NCBI GenBank assembly: GCA_963713965.1
Contig: OY970217.1
Span: forward strand, 526,761 to 590,760
Origin: an uncultured Chloroflexia bacterium
GTDB taxonomy: Bacteria; Chloroflexota; Chloroflexia; Thermomicrobiales; Thermomicrobiaceae
Length of the DNA: 64,000 bases
Direction of reading: 5' to 3'
In this document: positions 1 through 10,953 of the stretch, piece after piece
Position numbering within the stretch: position 1 is the stretch's first letter
How the letters are laid out: each line of letters begins with the position of its first letter
The notes under the pieces: model-generated
Told to the model about the DNA's origin: nothing
The model's database searches: none
The model's input: the letters and a program-made list of their open reading frames with translations, nothing else
Made by a program: the position numbers and the translations under genes

Positions 1-104
1 ATTTTCTCAAGCCGCGGTACCTCATGGACGTTCCCGTAGCCGAACTCGGCCATCATCTTGGGAACAGCTTCTTCGCGATAACGTTCTTTCAGTCGCGGGA
101 TCAT
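1..104 (-). CDS. rplE: 50S ribosomal protein L5, first 34 codons only (gene runs off the left edge)
   Basis: Manual minus-strand translation from the ATG at 104 gives MIPRLKERYREEAVPKMMAEFGYGNVHEVPRLEKI, a canonical L5 N-terminus. It lies directly after rplX, as in spc operons. Confidence 0.85.
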   Translation of the reverse strand, partial: MIPRLKERYREEAVPKMMAEFGYGNVHEVPRLEK

Positions 105-134
105 TCCTGCATCCTCACACCAAGCAGCGCACGT

Positions 135-470
135 CTACTTCGTCAAATCCGCTTTCTCTATCGGAGCATCGCACTTCTTGCAGTAGCGGACCTTTCGTCC
201 GTTGTCATCAGTGCGGAATCCGGCGCGCGTCGGCTTGCTGCACGACGGGCACCACAGCATCACATTCGAAACGTGCAGCGGAGCTTCCTTCTCGATGATG
301 CCCGCCTGCTGCACGCCGGCAACCGCTTTCTGGTGCCGGTGAACGATATTAATTCCTTCGACGATGACTCGGTCCTCGCGCGGCAGATTCTGTCGAACGC
401 GACCACGCGCTCCCTTGTCCTTGCCCGCGATGACCACCACATCGTCACCAGTTATGATCTTCTCTGCCAT
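135..470 (-). CDS. rplX: 50S ribosomal protein L24 (Cys4 variant)
   Basis: 111-aa ORF with a KOW motif (GDDVVVIAGKDKGARGRV) and an L24-like C-terminal half. It sits between rplN and rplE. Confidence 0.95.
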   Translation of the reverse strand: MAEKIITGDDVVVIAGKDKGARGRVRQNLPREDRVIVEGINIVHRHQKAVAGVQQAGIIEKEAPLHVSNVMLWCPSCSKPTRAGFRTDDNGRKVRYCKKCDAPIEKADLTK

Positions 471-497
471 TCGTATCGCCTCGTTCCCTGGACTTGC

Positions 498-866
498 CTA
501 CAAAACTTCTGGTGCCAGGGACACGATGCGCATATATTGCCGATCGCGTAGCTCACGAGCGACCGGACCAAAAATACGCGTCCCTCGCGGATTCCCCTGC
601 GGGGTGATCAATACGGCGGCGTTGTCGTCGAACCGTATGTGCGAGCCGTCCGGTCGACCGTACTCCTGCGCCGTCCGAACCACGACCGCGCGCACAACGT
701 CGCCCTTCTTGACGCCGGTGTGCGGCTGCGCCGACTTCACCGCCGCGATGATGATGTCTCCCACACCGGCATACCGGCGGGACGAGCCACCAAGGACCCG
801 AATGCACATGATCTCTCGGGCGCCGGAATTATCGGCAACCGTCAGACGTGTCTGTGGCTGGATCAT
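498..866 (-). CDS. rplN: 50S ribosomal protein L14
   Basis: 122-aa ORF starting [28 protein letters not shown], a typical L14 sequence. Confidence 0.97.
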   Translation of the reverse strand: MIQPQTRLTVADNSGAREIMCIRVLGGSSRRYAGVGDIIIAAVKSAQPHTGVKKGDVVRAVVVRTAQEYGRPDGSHIRFDDNAAVLITPQGNPRGTRIFGPVARELRDRQYMRIVSLAPEVL

Positions 867-900
867 TGCCCTCTTACTCCTTCGTCAGCCTGATGCGTCG

Positions 901-1179
901 CTAGGCCTCGGCAGCCCGCTCGAGGATTCGGCGAACGATCCAGCGTTTCGTCTTACTCAGTGGCCGCGTCTCTTCGATCATCACCAGATCACCGACGCTG
1001 CACAGGTTCTGCTCGTCATGAGCCTTGAACCGGCTCGTGCGCCGGATCGTCTTGCGATAGATCGGATGGCGACGAACGTAGTCCACTGAGACGACCACGG
1101 TCTTATCCATCTTGTCCGAAACCACGCGGCCCACCTTGGTCAATCGCGGTTTCACAGCTGTGGATGCCGACTCTTCCAT
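901..1179 (-). CDS. rpsQ: 30S ribosomal protein S17
   Basis: 92-aa ORF containing [18 protein letters not shown]...HDEQN.C..GD.V.I.E.RPLSK, and in the conserved operon position. Confidence 0.95.
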   Translation of the reverse strand: MEESASTAVKPRLTKVGRVVSDKMDKTVVVSVDYVRRHPIYRKTIRRTSRFKAHDEQNLCSVGDLVMIEETRPLSKTKRWIVRRILERAAEA

Positions 1180-1215
1180 ATCTTGGGTGTCCGTCCTCCC
1201 ACGTCAGGGCGCCGC

Positions 1216-1434
1216 CTACTCGGCGAGCATGCTCTCCAGCTCGGCGGCCAAAATTCGCTCGGTTTGAATCGTTTTGATCCGAGCGATGTCGCGTTTGATC
1301 TTTCGGATTCGAGTCGAATTGGTCAGTTTGCCGACCGCCTCGTCAAATCTCAGCGACTGCCACTCGGTCTTGAGCTCATCGATCTTTGCGACGAGCTCGA
1401 AATCGGTCATTCCGCGAAACTCAGATGCCTTCAC
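1216..1434 (-). CDS. rpmC: 50S ribosomal protein L29
   Basis: The track ORF runs 1216-1512. I trimmed it to the in-frame GTG at 1434 (VKASEFRGMTDFELVAKIDELK...). This gives a 72-aa L29 that no longer overlaps the rplP stop at 1446. Confidence 0.9.
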   Translation of the reverse strand: MKASEFRGMTDFELVAKIDELKTEWQSLRFDEAVGKLTNSTRIRKIKRDIARIKTIQTERILAAELESMLAE

Positions 1435-1445
1435 GTGTCGCTCCT

Positions 1446-1895
1446 CTATCCCTCGACCGATGCCTCTTGCGCTGCACCGGCGCCGGTCGTCTCTCGGGTG
1501 ACGATGCGACACTTGATCGGCAGCTTGTGGATCGCTCGTGTCAGCGCGTCCTGAGCCAGATCCTCACGAACGCCACCAAGCTCAAAGAGAATGCGACCGG
1601 GCTTGACCACGGCCACCCAGAACTCCGGGTTGCCTTTGCCTTTTCCCATTCGCGTTTCGGCCGGCTTCTGCGTTACCGGCTTGTCCGGAAAGATTCGAAT
1701 CCAGACCTTCCCACCACGACGAATCGCGTTGGTGATCGCGCGACGAGAGGCCTCGATTTGGCGGCTGTTGATCCAGGCCGGTTCGAGTGCCTGGATGCCA
1801 TACTCACCAAAGACGACCGTCGTGCCACGTGATGCCATGCCCTTCATCCGGCCTCGCATCATCTTGCGGTGTTTCACCCGCTTGGGCATCAACAT
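1446..1895 (-). CDS. rplP: 50S ribosomal protein L16
   Basis: 149-aa ORF starting [19 protein letters not shown], an L16 signature. Confidence 0.97.
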   Translation of the reverse strand: MLMPKRVKHRKMMRGRMKGMASRGTTVVFGEYGIQALEPAWINSRQIEASRRAITNAIRRGGKVWIRIFPDKPVTQKPAETRMGKGKGNPEFWVAVVKPGRILFELGGVREDLAQDALTRAIHKLPIKCRIVTRETTGAGAAQEASVEG

Positions 1896-1931
1896 GTTTA
1901 CGGTTCCAATCTTCTCAGTTGCCGAAACCGG

Positions 1932-2609
1932 CTAATCGCTCGTTGCTTCAAGTTCCGCCAGATTGAACTCCGGCTTGGGTTCCGGCAGCACATCACCCCG
2001 GTAGACCCAGACCTTCACACCAATGCGACCGTACGTCGTGCGCGCATGCACCACCGCGAAATCGATGTTCGCGCGAATCGTGTGCAACGGCACCCGACCA
2101 TTCATCTCGGTCACCGTTCGAGACATCTCAGCGCCGCCCAAGCGACCGCCGATCTTGATCTTGATGCCCTGAATGCTGCCTCGACGCATTGCCTGAGTGG
2201 CGGCCTGCTTGATCGCGCGGCGGTAAGCGACACGTCGCGCCAACTGCTCAGCGATGCTCTCCGCGACCAGCTTGGCGTCAGACTCAGGCTCTTTGATCTC
2301 CTCGATCTTCAGGTGAACCTTCTTGCCCACCTGATGCTCGAGCATCTGGCGCAGCCGCTCGACATTCGAGCCCTGCTTGCCGATCACGATCCCAGGCTTA
2401 GACGTGTGAATCGCTACCTCGATACGGTTCGCAGATCGTTCGATCTCGATGCGAGAGATACCAGCACGCGTCAGCTCATCGTTGATGATCCGCCGAATGA
2501 AGAGGTCCTCATGCAGCTGCTCGGTGTAATTGCGCTCCGCGTACCACTTGGATTCCCAGTCATGGACGATTCCGAGACGGAATCCGATAGGATGTACTTT
2601 TCGACCCAA
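1932..2609 (-). CDS. rpsC: 30S ribosomal protein S3
   Basis: 225-aa ORF starting [24 protein letters not shown], with KH and S3-C domains. Confidence 0.97.
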   Translation of the reverse strand: MGRKVHPIGFRLGIVHDWESKWYAERNYTEQLHEDLFIRRIINDELTRAGISRIEIERSANRIEVAIHTSKPGIVIGKQGSNVERLRQMLEHQVGKKVHLKIEEIKEPESDAKLVAESIAEQLARRVAYRRAIKQAATQAMRRGSIQGIKIKIGGRLGGAEMSRTVTEMNGRVPLHTIRANIDFAVVHARTTYGRIGVKVWVYRGDVLPEPKPEFNLAELEATSD

Positions 2610-2610
2610 A

Positions 2611-2955
2611 CTATGCCCCCTCCTCGATCTCGTCCACGATCACTGTAATGTGCGACGTCCGCTTCAGCTGTCGGTTGACCCGGCCGCGAGCGCGGGCACG
2701 CCAACGCTTGAGCGTCGGCCCCTCATCGGCAAAGATCGCCTTGATGTACAGGCCGTCTGGATCGAGATCGTAATTGTGCTCGGCGTTCGCCGCGGCCGAT
2801 TTCACTACCTTCAGCACGTCGACCGCCGACTTCTGGGGCAGGAATCGCAGGATCGCGAGCGCGTCAACGACCGGTTTCCCGCGTACCGCATCGACGACCA
2901 GGCGCGCTTTCTGCGCCGAAACCTGAACGCCTTTGGCTTTTGCTGTCACTTCCAT
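2611..2955 (-). CDS. rplV: 50S ribosomal protein L22
   Basis: 114-aa ORF containing [18 protein letters not shown], in the expected operon position. Confidence 0.95.
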   Translation of the reverse strand: MEVTAKAKGVQVSAQKARLVVDAVRGKPVVDALAILRFLPQKSAVDVLKVVKSAAANAEHNYDLDPDGLYIKAIFADEGPTLKRWRARARGRVNRQLKRTSHITVIVDEIEEGA

Positions 2956-2994
2956 CTCAGACGTCTCCTTGGAAACCGAACGTCAACGGCCTCG

Positions 2995-3279
2995 TCATCG
3001 TCGCCGGCTAGCTCGCTCGGCATCCCTGCCATGTCCGCGGTACGTGCGTGTCGGAGCGAATTCGCCCAGCTTGTGGCCGACCATCTGCTCAGTCACGAAG
3101 ATCGGCACGTGCCGACGACCGTCATGAATTGCCACCGTGTGGCCAATCATGTCCGGATAGATCGTCGACGCGCGTGCCCAGGTTCGGATAACCCGGCGCT
3201 CACCAGTCGAGTTCATAGACTCGATCTTCTTGGCGAGATTCGCGTCGATGTATGGGCCCTTCTTAGACGATCTTCCCAA
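2995..3279 (-). CDS. rpsS: 30S ribosomal protein S19
   Basis: 94-aa ORF with [12 protein letters not shown] and [32 protein letters not shown]. Confidence 0.97.
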   Translation of the reverse strand: MGRSSKKGPYIDANLAKKIESMNSTGERRVIRTWARASTIYPDMIGHTVAIHDGRRHVPIFVTEQMVGHKLGEFAPTRTYRGHGRDAERASRRR

Positions 3280-3306
3280 AATGCTCCTCCAGCCGCTCGG
3301 GCACGC

Positions 3307-4137
3307 TTATCGTCGTTTGCCGCGACGACGAACAATCATCTTGTCAGTCTTCTTGTTGTTCCGGGTGCGATAGCCCAATGTGGGCTTGCCCCATGGCGTC
3401 TTCGGCTGTCCGCCGATCGGCGCTCGTCCCTCGCCACCACCATGTGGATGGTCGCGCGGGTTCATCACAGAGCCGCGAACCGTCGGTCGCTTGCCCATGT
3501 GTCGCGCCCGTCCAGCTTTGCCGATGCGAACGTTCTCATGATCGGTGTTGCCGACCTGTCCGAGCGTCGCCATGCACTCAAGTCGAACGAGGCGAACCTC
3601 ACCTGACGGCATGCGGATCTGCGCATAATCATCCTGCTTGGCCATCAACTGAGCTGAAACACCGGCGGAACGGACCATCTGTCCACCTCGACCCGGGTAG
3701 AGCTCGATGTTATGGATCTGCGTGCCGAGTGGAATGTCTTCCAGCGGCAGCGCGTTGCCAAGACGAATCGGCGAACCGACACCAGACTGCACCTCGTCGC
3801 CGACCTTCAGGCCCAACGGCGCGAGCATGTAGCGCTTCTCACCATCTTGGTAGAAAAGGAGCGCGATGTTAGCTGAACGGTTCGGGTCATACTCGATGGC
3901 CGCCACGCGTGCCACCACACCGAATTTGTCGCGTTTGAAATCGATCTTTCGATAGTAACGCTTCGCTCCACCGCCCTGATGGCGAACGGTCAGGCGCCCC
4001 TGATTGTTGCGCCCAGCCTTCCGCTTTAGCGGTTCGATCAGCGATTTCTCCGGCCGCTTCTTGGTTACCTCGTCGAACGTCGACACAGTCATGTTGCGAC
4101 GTCCGGGGGAGGTTGGTTTGTACTTTCGAATCGGCAT
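3307..4137 (-). CDS. rplB: 50S ribosomal protein L2
   Basis: 276-aa ORF with [14 protein letters not shown] and the [16 protein letters not shown] motif. Confidence 0.98.
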   Translation of the reverse strand: MPIRKYKPTSPGRRNMTVSTFDEVTKKRPEKSLIEPLKRKAGRNNQGRLTVRHQGGGAKRYYRKIDFKRDKFGVVARVAAIEYDPNRSANIALLFYQDGEKRYMLAPLGLKVGDEVQSGVGSPIRLGNALPLEDIPLGTQIHNIELYPGRGGQMVRSAGVSAQLMAKQDDYAQIRMPSGEVRLVRLECMATLGQVGNTDHENVRIGKAGRARHMGKRPTVRGSVMNPRDHPHGGGEGRAPIGGQPKTPWGKPTLGYRTRNNKKTDKMIVRRRGKRR

Positions 4138-4170
4138 CGTCGGTTCCTCTCTGCCCCGTCTCGCTTCGGC

Positions 4171-4473
4171 CTAAACGGCGCCGAAGACGTCGATCGAATG
4201 CCCCTCGCGAAGCGTCACGATCGCTTTCTTCCATGACGGGGTGAAGCCGATGCTCTGCCGGCGACTGCGGCGCCCTGAGCGCCTGCGCTCTTTGCCCCGT
4301 ACATTCATCACGTTCACGGCCACCACCTCCACGTTGAAGGTTCGCTCGACCGCTTCCTTGATCTGAATCTTGTTTGCGTCCTTCGCCACGGCGAAGCAAT
4401 ACTGCCCGAGCTCCATGAGCATCGTGTTCTTCTCGGTGATCACCGGGCGACGCAATACATCTTGGTAATCCAT
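4171..4473 (-). CDS. rplW: 50S ribosomal protein L23
   Basis: 100-aa ORF containing VLRRPVITEKNT, in the expected operon position. Confidence 0.93.
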   Translation of the reverse strand: MDYQDVLRRPVITEKNTMLMELGQYCFAVAKDANKIQIKEAVERTFNVEVVAVNVMNVRGKERRRSGRRSRRQSIGFTPSWKKAIVTLREGHSIDVFGAV

Positions 4474-4483
4474 CGTCAGCCTC

Positions 4484-5110
4484 TCAATTCGCCCAGAGTT
4501 GGTGGATTACATCCACAGCATCGCGGGATAGCACCAATCGCTCATGTTTGAGTACGTCACGAATGTTGACGTACTGTGCGGACAGAACTTTCACGTTCTC
4601 GAGGTTCCCCGCTCCGCGTCGAACGCTCTTCGTGTCGGTCACGACGATCAACGTCGAGCGAGCGGTGCCGTTCGGCAACGCCGCCAGTACGGCGCGCATC
4701 TCGCGCGTCTTCGGCTCGACGTCATTGAGTCCGTCCACCACGATAAGCTGGTCGTCGCGTTGTTTCACCGACAAGACCGAGCGAATTGCCAGGCGCCGCA
4801 TCTTCTTCGGCATGTCCTGAGTGTACTTGCGCGGATGGGGTCCCCAGACCACACCACCGCCACGCCACTGCGGAGATCGGATGCTACCCTGTCGGGCACG
4901 CCCGGTTCCCTTTTGTCGCCATGGCTTGCGACCACCACCGCGAACTTCGGCACGGGTCTTGGTGTCGTGCGTCCCGAGACGGGCATTTGCCATCTGGCGC
5001 ACAAATGCTTGATGCATCACGGGGCCGTTCGGCTCGATACCAAAGATCGAGTCGGCGAGATCAATCTCGCCAGCCGAGTTCCCTTTCACGTCAAAAACCG
5101 TCTGCTGCAC
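4484..5110 (-). CDS. rplD: 50S ribosomal protein L4
   Basis: The track ORF runs 4484-5155. I chose the in-frame GTG at 5110 because [18 protein letters not shown] lines up with the L4 N-terminus of other bacteria and it removes the 29-nt overlap with rpl[21 protein letters not shown] motif present. Confidence 0.9.
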   Translation of the reverse strand: MQQTVFDVKGNSAGEIDLADSIFGIEPNGPVMHQAFVRQMANARLGTHDTKTRAEVRGGGRKPWRQKGTGRARQGSIRSPQWRGGGVVWGPHPRKYTQDMPKKMRRLAIRSVLSVKQRDDQLIVVDGLNDVEPKTREMRAVLAALPNGTARSTLIVVTDTKSVRRGAGNLENVKVLSAQYVNIRDVLKHERLVLSRDAVDVIHQLWAN

Positions 5111-5126
5111 CGGTTGCTCTCTCTTC

Positions 5127-5777
5127 CTACGAGGCGCCCGCGGCAGCACGCTCAAGCTGTTTGACCGCGTGCCGCACGAGGATTACTTCACCGCTCGCAC
5201 CAGGGACAGAGCCTCGCACGAGAACAACGTTTCGTTCCTGATCGACGCGAACCACCGTAAGGTTCTGCACCGTGACACGCTCGTTGCCCATGCGTCCGGC
5301 CATCTTCATGCCTTTGATGACACGGCTCGGCGTGGCGCTGGCGCCGATAGAACCTGGTGCGCGGTGCCGGTCGGACTGACCGTGCGTCTTCGGACCACCA
5401 CTGAAATTGTGGCGCTTCACGACGCCCTGGAAGCCCTTGCCCTTGCTTTTACCGCTCACATCGACCATCTGACCGGCTTCGAAAACGGTGCAGTCGATGA
5501 CCTGTCCGACGCTGTAATCGTCAACGGCGTCGGTCTTAACCTCACGCAGCACCTTTGACGACGCTCCCGCCGCCTTGAGGTGGCCGCGCTGGGGAGAATT
5601 CAGCCGCTTGCGCTCGCCAAATCCAAGCTGGAGCGCTTCGTAGCCGTCTCGATCCATGGTTTTGATCTGTGTCACAACGCACGGCCCGACCTCCAGGACG
5701 GTCACCGGCACGACCTGGCCGGTCTCGTCGAAGATCTGGGTCATGCCCAGTTTCTTACCTAGGAGTCCCTCAATCAT
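5127..5777 (-). CDS. rplC: 50S ribosomal protein L3
   Basis: 216-aa ORF with [17 protein letters not shown] and [13 protein letters not shown]. Confidence 0.97.
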   Translation of the reverse strand: MIEGLLGKKLGMTQIFDETGQVVPVTVLEVGPCVVTQIKTMDRDGYEALQLGFGERKRLNSPQRGHLKAAGASSKVLREVKTDAVDDYSVGQVIDCTVFEAGQMVDVSGKSKGKGFQGVVKRHNFSGGPKTHGQSDRHRAPGSIGASATPSRVIKGMKMAGRMGNERVTVQNLTVVRVDQERNVVLVRGSVPGASGEVILVRHAVKQLERAAAGAS

Positions 5778-5856
5778 TGGCTCTCTCCAGATCAGGACGC
5801 GACGGCAGACGAGGGTTTGCCCACCGTCGCATGCAGAGCATGATCGCAGTGATCAG

Positions 5857-6177
5857 CTATAGCTTGATTTCAATATCGACGCCGGCCGGCAGATTCAGCC
5901 GCATCAGCGCCCGAATCGTTCCTTGGCTCGGCTCGAGCACGTCGATCAGGCGCTTGTGCGTCCGAATCTCGAATTGCTCCTGTGAGTCCTTGTCGATGAA
6001 CGGAGATCGGATCACACTGTATTTCTCGATGCGAGTGGGAAGGGGCACCGGCCCCGACACCTTGGCACCGGTGCTCTCGGCAGTGTCGACGATCTTAGCC
6101 GCCGACTGATCGAGAATCTTGTGATCGTATGCCTTCAGGCGGATGCGAATTTTCTGCGACGTGCGTCGTGCTGTCAT
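5857..6177 (-). CDS. rpsJ: 30S ribosomal protein S10
   Basis: 106-aa ORF containing [21 protein letters not shown]. It starts only 19 nt downstream of tuf. Confidence 0.96.
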   Translation of the reverse strand: MTARRTSQKIRIRLKAYDHKILDQSAAKIVDTAESTGAKVSGPVPLPTRIEKYSVIRSPFIDKDSQEQFEIRTHKRLIDVLEPSQGTIRALMRLNLPAGVDIEIKL

Positions 6178-6196
6178 TGTTATCTTCCCCTGCTAC

Positions 6197-7396
<1,200 letters not shown>

Positions 7397-7447
7397 TGCG
7401 TCTTCCTCCAGATAACTCGCCGGACGGCCATTCGCCGCCAGGATCGA

Positions 7448-9553
7448 CTAACCGCGTTGCGCTTTTGCTTTCATTTCCGACGCCAGGCTCTCCGGAACCG
7501 GCTCGTAATGATCGAACTCCATTGAATAGGTTGCCCGGCCCTGCGACATCGAGCGCAGATCGGTGGCGTAGCCGAACATGTTGGCCAGGGGCACGAATGC
7601 CCGGACCACCTGAGTGGTGACCTGCATCTCCATACCCTCGATATGCCCGCGTCGGGCAGAAAGGTCGCCGATGACGTCTCCCATAAATTCTTCGGGAGTC
7701 CGAACTTCGACCTTCATGAACGGCTCGAGGATCACCGGCTTACCACGACGCACGCCCTCTTTGAGCGCCATCGATCCGGCAATCTTGAAGGCCATCTCGC
7801 TTGAGTCGACCTCGTGGTACGAACCGTCAACCAAGGCGACCCGGAGGTCGACGATCGGGTTGCCCGAATCGCCGCCCGATTCCATCGCCTCGCGCACTCC
7901 GGACTCTACCGGCGAGATGAACTCTCGCGGCACCGAGCCACCGACGATCTTGTCCTCGAACACGTATCCACTACCGCGCTCGAGTGGCTCGATCTCAAGC
8001 CAAACGTGACCGTACTGGCCCTTACCACCGGACTGCCGCACGAACCGGCCTTCGACGCGCACCGGCTTGGTGATCGTCTCTTTGTAGGCAACCTGCGGCT
8101 TGCCGATGTTGGCGCCGACCTTGAACTCGCGCAACATGCGATCGACGATGACCTCGAGATGCAACTCACCCATTCCACGAATGATCGTCTGACCACTATC
8201 GGGATCGGTGTTCATCTGGAAGGTCGGATCTTCTTCCGCCAGGCGAGCGAGCGCCATACCCATCTTGTCCTGATCAGAGCGCGTCTTGGGCTCTACCGCG
8301 ACAGAGATGACCGGCTCCGGGAATTGGATCGACTCGAGCAGAATTGGCCGGTCACCGTCACACAGCGTGTCGCCGGTGAAGGTGCTCTTGAGGCCGATCA
8401 CCGCGCCGATGTCTCCAGCGTAGATGGTGTCCATCTCCTCGCGATGGTTGGCGTGCATGCGGAGCAGACGACCAACGCGCTCACGTTGATCCTTGGTCGA
8501 ATTCAAAACGTACGTACCAGCCGACATCTGCCCGGAATAGACGCGCACGTAGGCCAGCCGCCCAACGTGCGGGTCCGACACAATCTTGAACGCGAGCGCC
8601 GAGAAGGGCTCGTCAGGATCGGTCGTCCGAATGTCCGCCTCACCGGTGGAAGGATTGATTCCCTCAACGGGCGGGACGTCGCTCGGCGCTGGCAGGAAAT
8701 CGACGATCGCATCGAGCATGCGCTGCACGCCCTTGTTCTTGAGCGCCGTCCCACAGAGAATCGGGACGAGCGTTCCAGCGATCGTCGCGGTACGTAGCGC
8801 CGCGCGCAGTTCGTCGGTGCTGATCTCTTCATCCTCGAGATAGCGCATCATCAGATCTTCGTCCGACTCGGCGATCATCTCGACGAGCTCGTGTCGACGC
8901 TGTTCCGCCTCCTCGAGCATGTCGGCAGGTACTTCGGTCATCTCGATGTTTTGACCGAGATCGTCATGATAGATGTACGACTTGAGGTCGATCAGATCGA
9001 CGATTCCGAGGAAGTCCGACTCCTGGCCAATCGGCAGCTGGACGACAGCGGGCTTAGCCTTCAGCCGCTCGACAATCATCTCGACCGTGCGCCAGAAATT
9101 CGCTCCGGTGCGATCCATCTTGTTGACAAAGCAAATGCGCGGCACGCGGTACTTGTCCGCCTGACGCCACACCGTTTCGGACTGCGGCTCAACACCTGCG
9201 ACGGCATCGAACACGACGACACCGCCGTCGAGCACACGCAGTGAACGCTCCACTTCGACGGTAAAGTCGACGTGACCGGGCGTGTCGATAATGTTGATGC
9301 GGTGATCATTCCAGAAGCAGGTCGTCGCCGCCGAGGTGATTGTGATGCCGCGCTCGCGCTCCTGGACCATCCAGTCCATGGTCGCCGCGCCTTCATGCAC
9401 CTCACCGGTTCGGTGGATACGGCCCGTATAGAACAGAATCCGCTCGGTGGTGGTCGTCTTGCCAGCATCGATATGCGCAATGATACCGATGTTCCTCGTC
9501 TTCGCGAGGTCCTGCAACACGCTTTCAGTTTTCTGGGTTGCCGTGCTACTCAT
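7448..9553 (-). CDS. fusA: elongation factor G
   Basis: 701-aa ORF with [19 protein letters not shown] and DTPGHVDF. Confidence 0.99.
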   Translation of the reverse strand: MSSTATQKTESVLQDLAKTRNIGIIAHIDAGKTTTTERILFYTGRIHRTGEVHEGAATMDWMVQERERGITITSAATTCFWNDHRINIIDTPGHVDFTVEVERSLRVLDGGVVVFDAVAGVEPQSETVWRQADKYRVPRICFVNKMDRTGANFWRTVEMIVERLKAKPAVVQLPIGQESDFLGIVDLIDLKSYIYHDDLGQNIEMTEVPADMLEEAEQRRHELVEMIAESDEDLMMRYLEDEEISTDELRAALRTATIAGTLVPILCGTALKNKGVQRMLDAIVDFLPAPSDVPPVEGINPSTGEADIRTTDPDEPFSALAFKIVSDPHVGRLAYVRVYSGQMSAGTYVLNSTKDQRERVGRLLRMHANHREEMDTIYAGDIGAVIGLKSTFTGDTLCDGDRPILLESIQFPEPVISVAVEPKTRSDQDKMGMALARLAEEDPTFQMNTDPDSGQTIIRGMGELHLEVIVDRMLREFKVGANIGKPQVAYKETITKPVRVEGRFVRQSGGKGQYGHVWLEIEPLERGSGYVFEDKIVGGSVPREFISPVESGVREAMESGGDSGNPIVDLRVALVDGSYHEVDSSEMAFKIAGSMALKEGVRRGKPVILEPFMKVEVRTPEEFMGDVIGDLSARRGHIEGMEMQVTTQVVRAFVPLANMFGYATDLRSMSQGRATYSMEFDHYEPVPESLASEMKAKAQRG

Positions 9554-9608
9554 GATTAGTACGTGATTCCCAACGCATTCCGGCCGTCACCGCCCGGTAT
9601 GTAGCTGA

Positions 9609-10079
9609 TTACCATCGGTAGTGCGAGAACGCCCTGTTTGCCTCAGCCATGCGGTGCGTGTCTTCGCGTCGCTTGATCGTATTTCCGGTGTTATTGGACG
9701 CATCCAACAGCTCAGCCGCAAGCTTCTCAGTCATCGTGCGTCCGGAACGCGAGCGGGCCGCCTGCAGCAGCCAGCGAATGGCGAGTGACAACCGACGAGC
9801 GGGCTCGATCTGAACCGGCACCTGATAGGTTGCACCACCAACTCGGCGCGGCTTCACCTCGACGAGTGGAGTGGCGTTGTGGATGGCCTGCTGAAACACG
9901 TCGACCGGATCACGACCGGTGCGCTCCTGAATAATATCGAGCGCCCCATAGACGATCCGCTCGGCGACGCCTTTCTTACCCCGCGTCATGACCTTGTTGA
10001 TGACGCGCGAGACTAGCTCGCTCCCATATCGCGGGTCTGGCGGTACGATACGCCGCTCTACTTTTGCTCGTCTCGGCAT
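9609..10079 (-). CDS. rpsG: 30S ribosomal protein S7
   Basis: The track ORF runs 9609-10097. I moved the start to the ATG at 10079 ([18 protein letters not shown]), giving the usual 156 aa. Confidence 0.95.
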   Translation of the reverse strand: MPRRAKVERRIVPPDPRYGSELVSRVINKVMTRGKKGVAERIVYGALDIIQERTGRDPVDVFQQAIHNATPLVEVKPRRVGGATYQVPVQIEPARRLSLAIRWLLQAARSRSGRTMTEKLAAELLDASNNTGNTIKRREDTHRMAEANRAFSHYRW

Positions 10080-10234
10080 TCGGTGCTTGCCTCCCACGCG
10101 CCCTGTCAGCGCTTACAGTCCGGTGACCACCTGAATGGTCTCGCTCGTCGCTCTGGCCAGCAGTTACGGTGGCCCTTGAGTGTTTCAGGCTCTGCGCGCC
10201 TCATCACGCGAGAGCGAACAATATTCACGACACG

Positions 10235-10276
10235 AAAAAGCGGTCAGCACGAGATAAACTTCGTGAGGCCGCTTTC
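10235..10276 (-). terminator. terminator-like hairpin plus U5 inside the rpsL-rpsG spacer
   Basis: The minus-strand RNA reads GGAAAGCGGCCUCACGAAGUUUAUCUCGUGCUGACCGCUUUUUCG. It has a 7-bp lower stem, an internal loop, a 5-bp upper stem and then UUUUU. The stem is imperfect. Confidence 0.35.
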
Positions 10277-10343
10277 CGTACCGTACGATCTAGCGAAGAG
10301 ATGTTCGTCGCGATGATGCGCGGCGAACGCTGGCAGAATCTGC

Positions 10344-10769
10344 CTAGCTCTTCGTCCTCTTAGTCCCGTACTTTGACCGCCCCTGTTTGCGGTTCTCAAC
10401 GCCACGGGCATCCAGAGCACCTCGAATAACGTGGTAGCGCACGCCCGGGAGGTCCTTTACGCGACCACCGCGGATCAGCACCACCGAGTGCTCCTGAAGA
10501 TTATGCCCCTCGCCCGGGATGTACGCGGTCACTTCCATACCGTTAGTGAGCCGCACACGGGCGATCTTTCGTAGCGCCGAATTAGGCTTCTTGGGGGTCA
10601 TGGTTCGGACCTGGGTGCAGACTCCACGCTTCTGCGGTGAGCCTTTCCCACGGCGAAGACGTCCAGCGTGGCGTCCCAACGCGTTGTTGGTGAACCGCAG
10701 CGCCGGAGCCTTGGTCTTCTTCGTGACCTGCGTTCGCCCTTTACGGACTAATTGATTGATCGTCGGCAC
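10344..10769 (-). CDS. rpsL: 30S ribosomal protein S12
   Basis: The track ORF runs 10344-10907. I trimmed it to the GTG at 10769 ([12 protein letters not shown]...), which has AAGGAG 9 nt upstream. The upstream 46 codons overlap a promoter and a hairpin. Confidence 0.95.
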   Translation of the reverse strand: MPTINQLVRKGRTQVTKKTKAPALRFTNNALGRHAGRLRRGKGSPQKRGVCTQVRTMTPKKPNSALRKIARVRLTNGMEVTAYIPGEGHNLQEHSVVLIRGGRVKDLPGVRYHVIRGALDARGVENRKQGRSKYGTKRTKS

Positions 10770-10907
10770 GTCGGATAACTCCTTTTGGAACCGCCGGCTT
10801 AATGACAGACCGTGCTCTGCGGACTCGCCCGCAGCTGCGGTGCCGGACTCGTTCCGAGGAATACTTTCCTCACTGTTGTGGCCGTCCGTGGACGGCCACA
10901 AGCACAC

Positions 10908-10936
10908 AGTCTAGCATTTTGCCCAGGTACTGTCAA
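10908..10936 (-). promoter_or_regulatory. sigma70-like promoter for rpsL
   Basis: The minus strand reads TTGACA-17 nt-TAGACT with a TGn extended -10 (aaaTGcTAGACT). It begins 18 nt after the rpoC stop codon. Confidence 0.55.
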
Positions 10937-10953
10937 GAAATCGGCGATTTGTA

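Noticed and set aside
24-551. 175-aa plus-strand ORF at the left edge
   Set aside because: It lies entirely antisense to rplE, rplX and rplN, which have unmistakable ribosomal-protein sequences. It is a typical high-GC antisense ORF.
10770-10907. 46-codon N-terminal extension of the rpsL ORF
   Set aside because: The extension overlaps the TTGACA/TAGACT promoter and the 5' hairpin. The canonical S12 N-terminus ([11 protein letters not shown]) starts at the GTG at 10769, which has an AAGGAG RBS.
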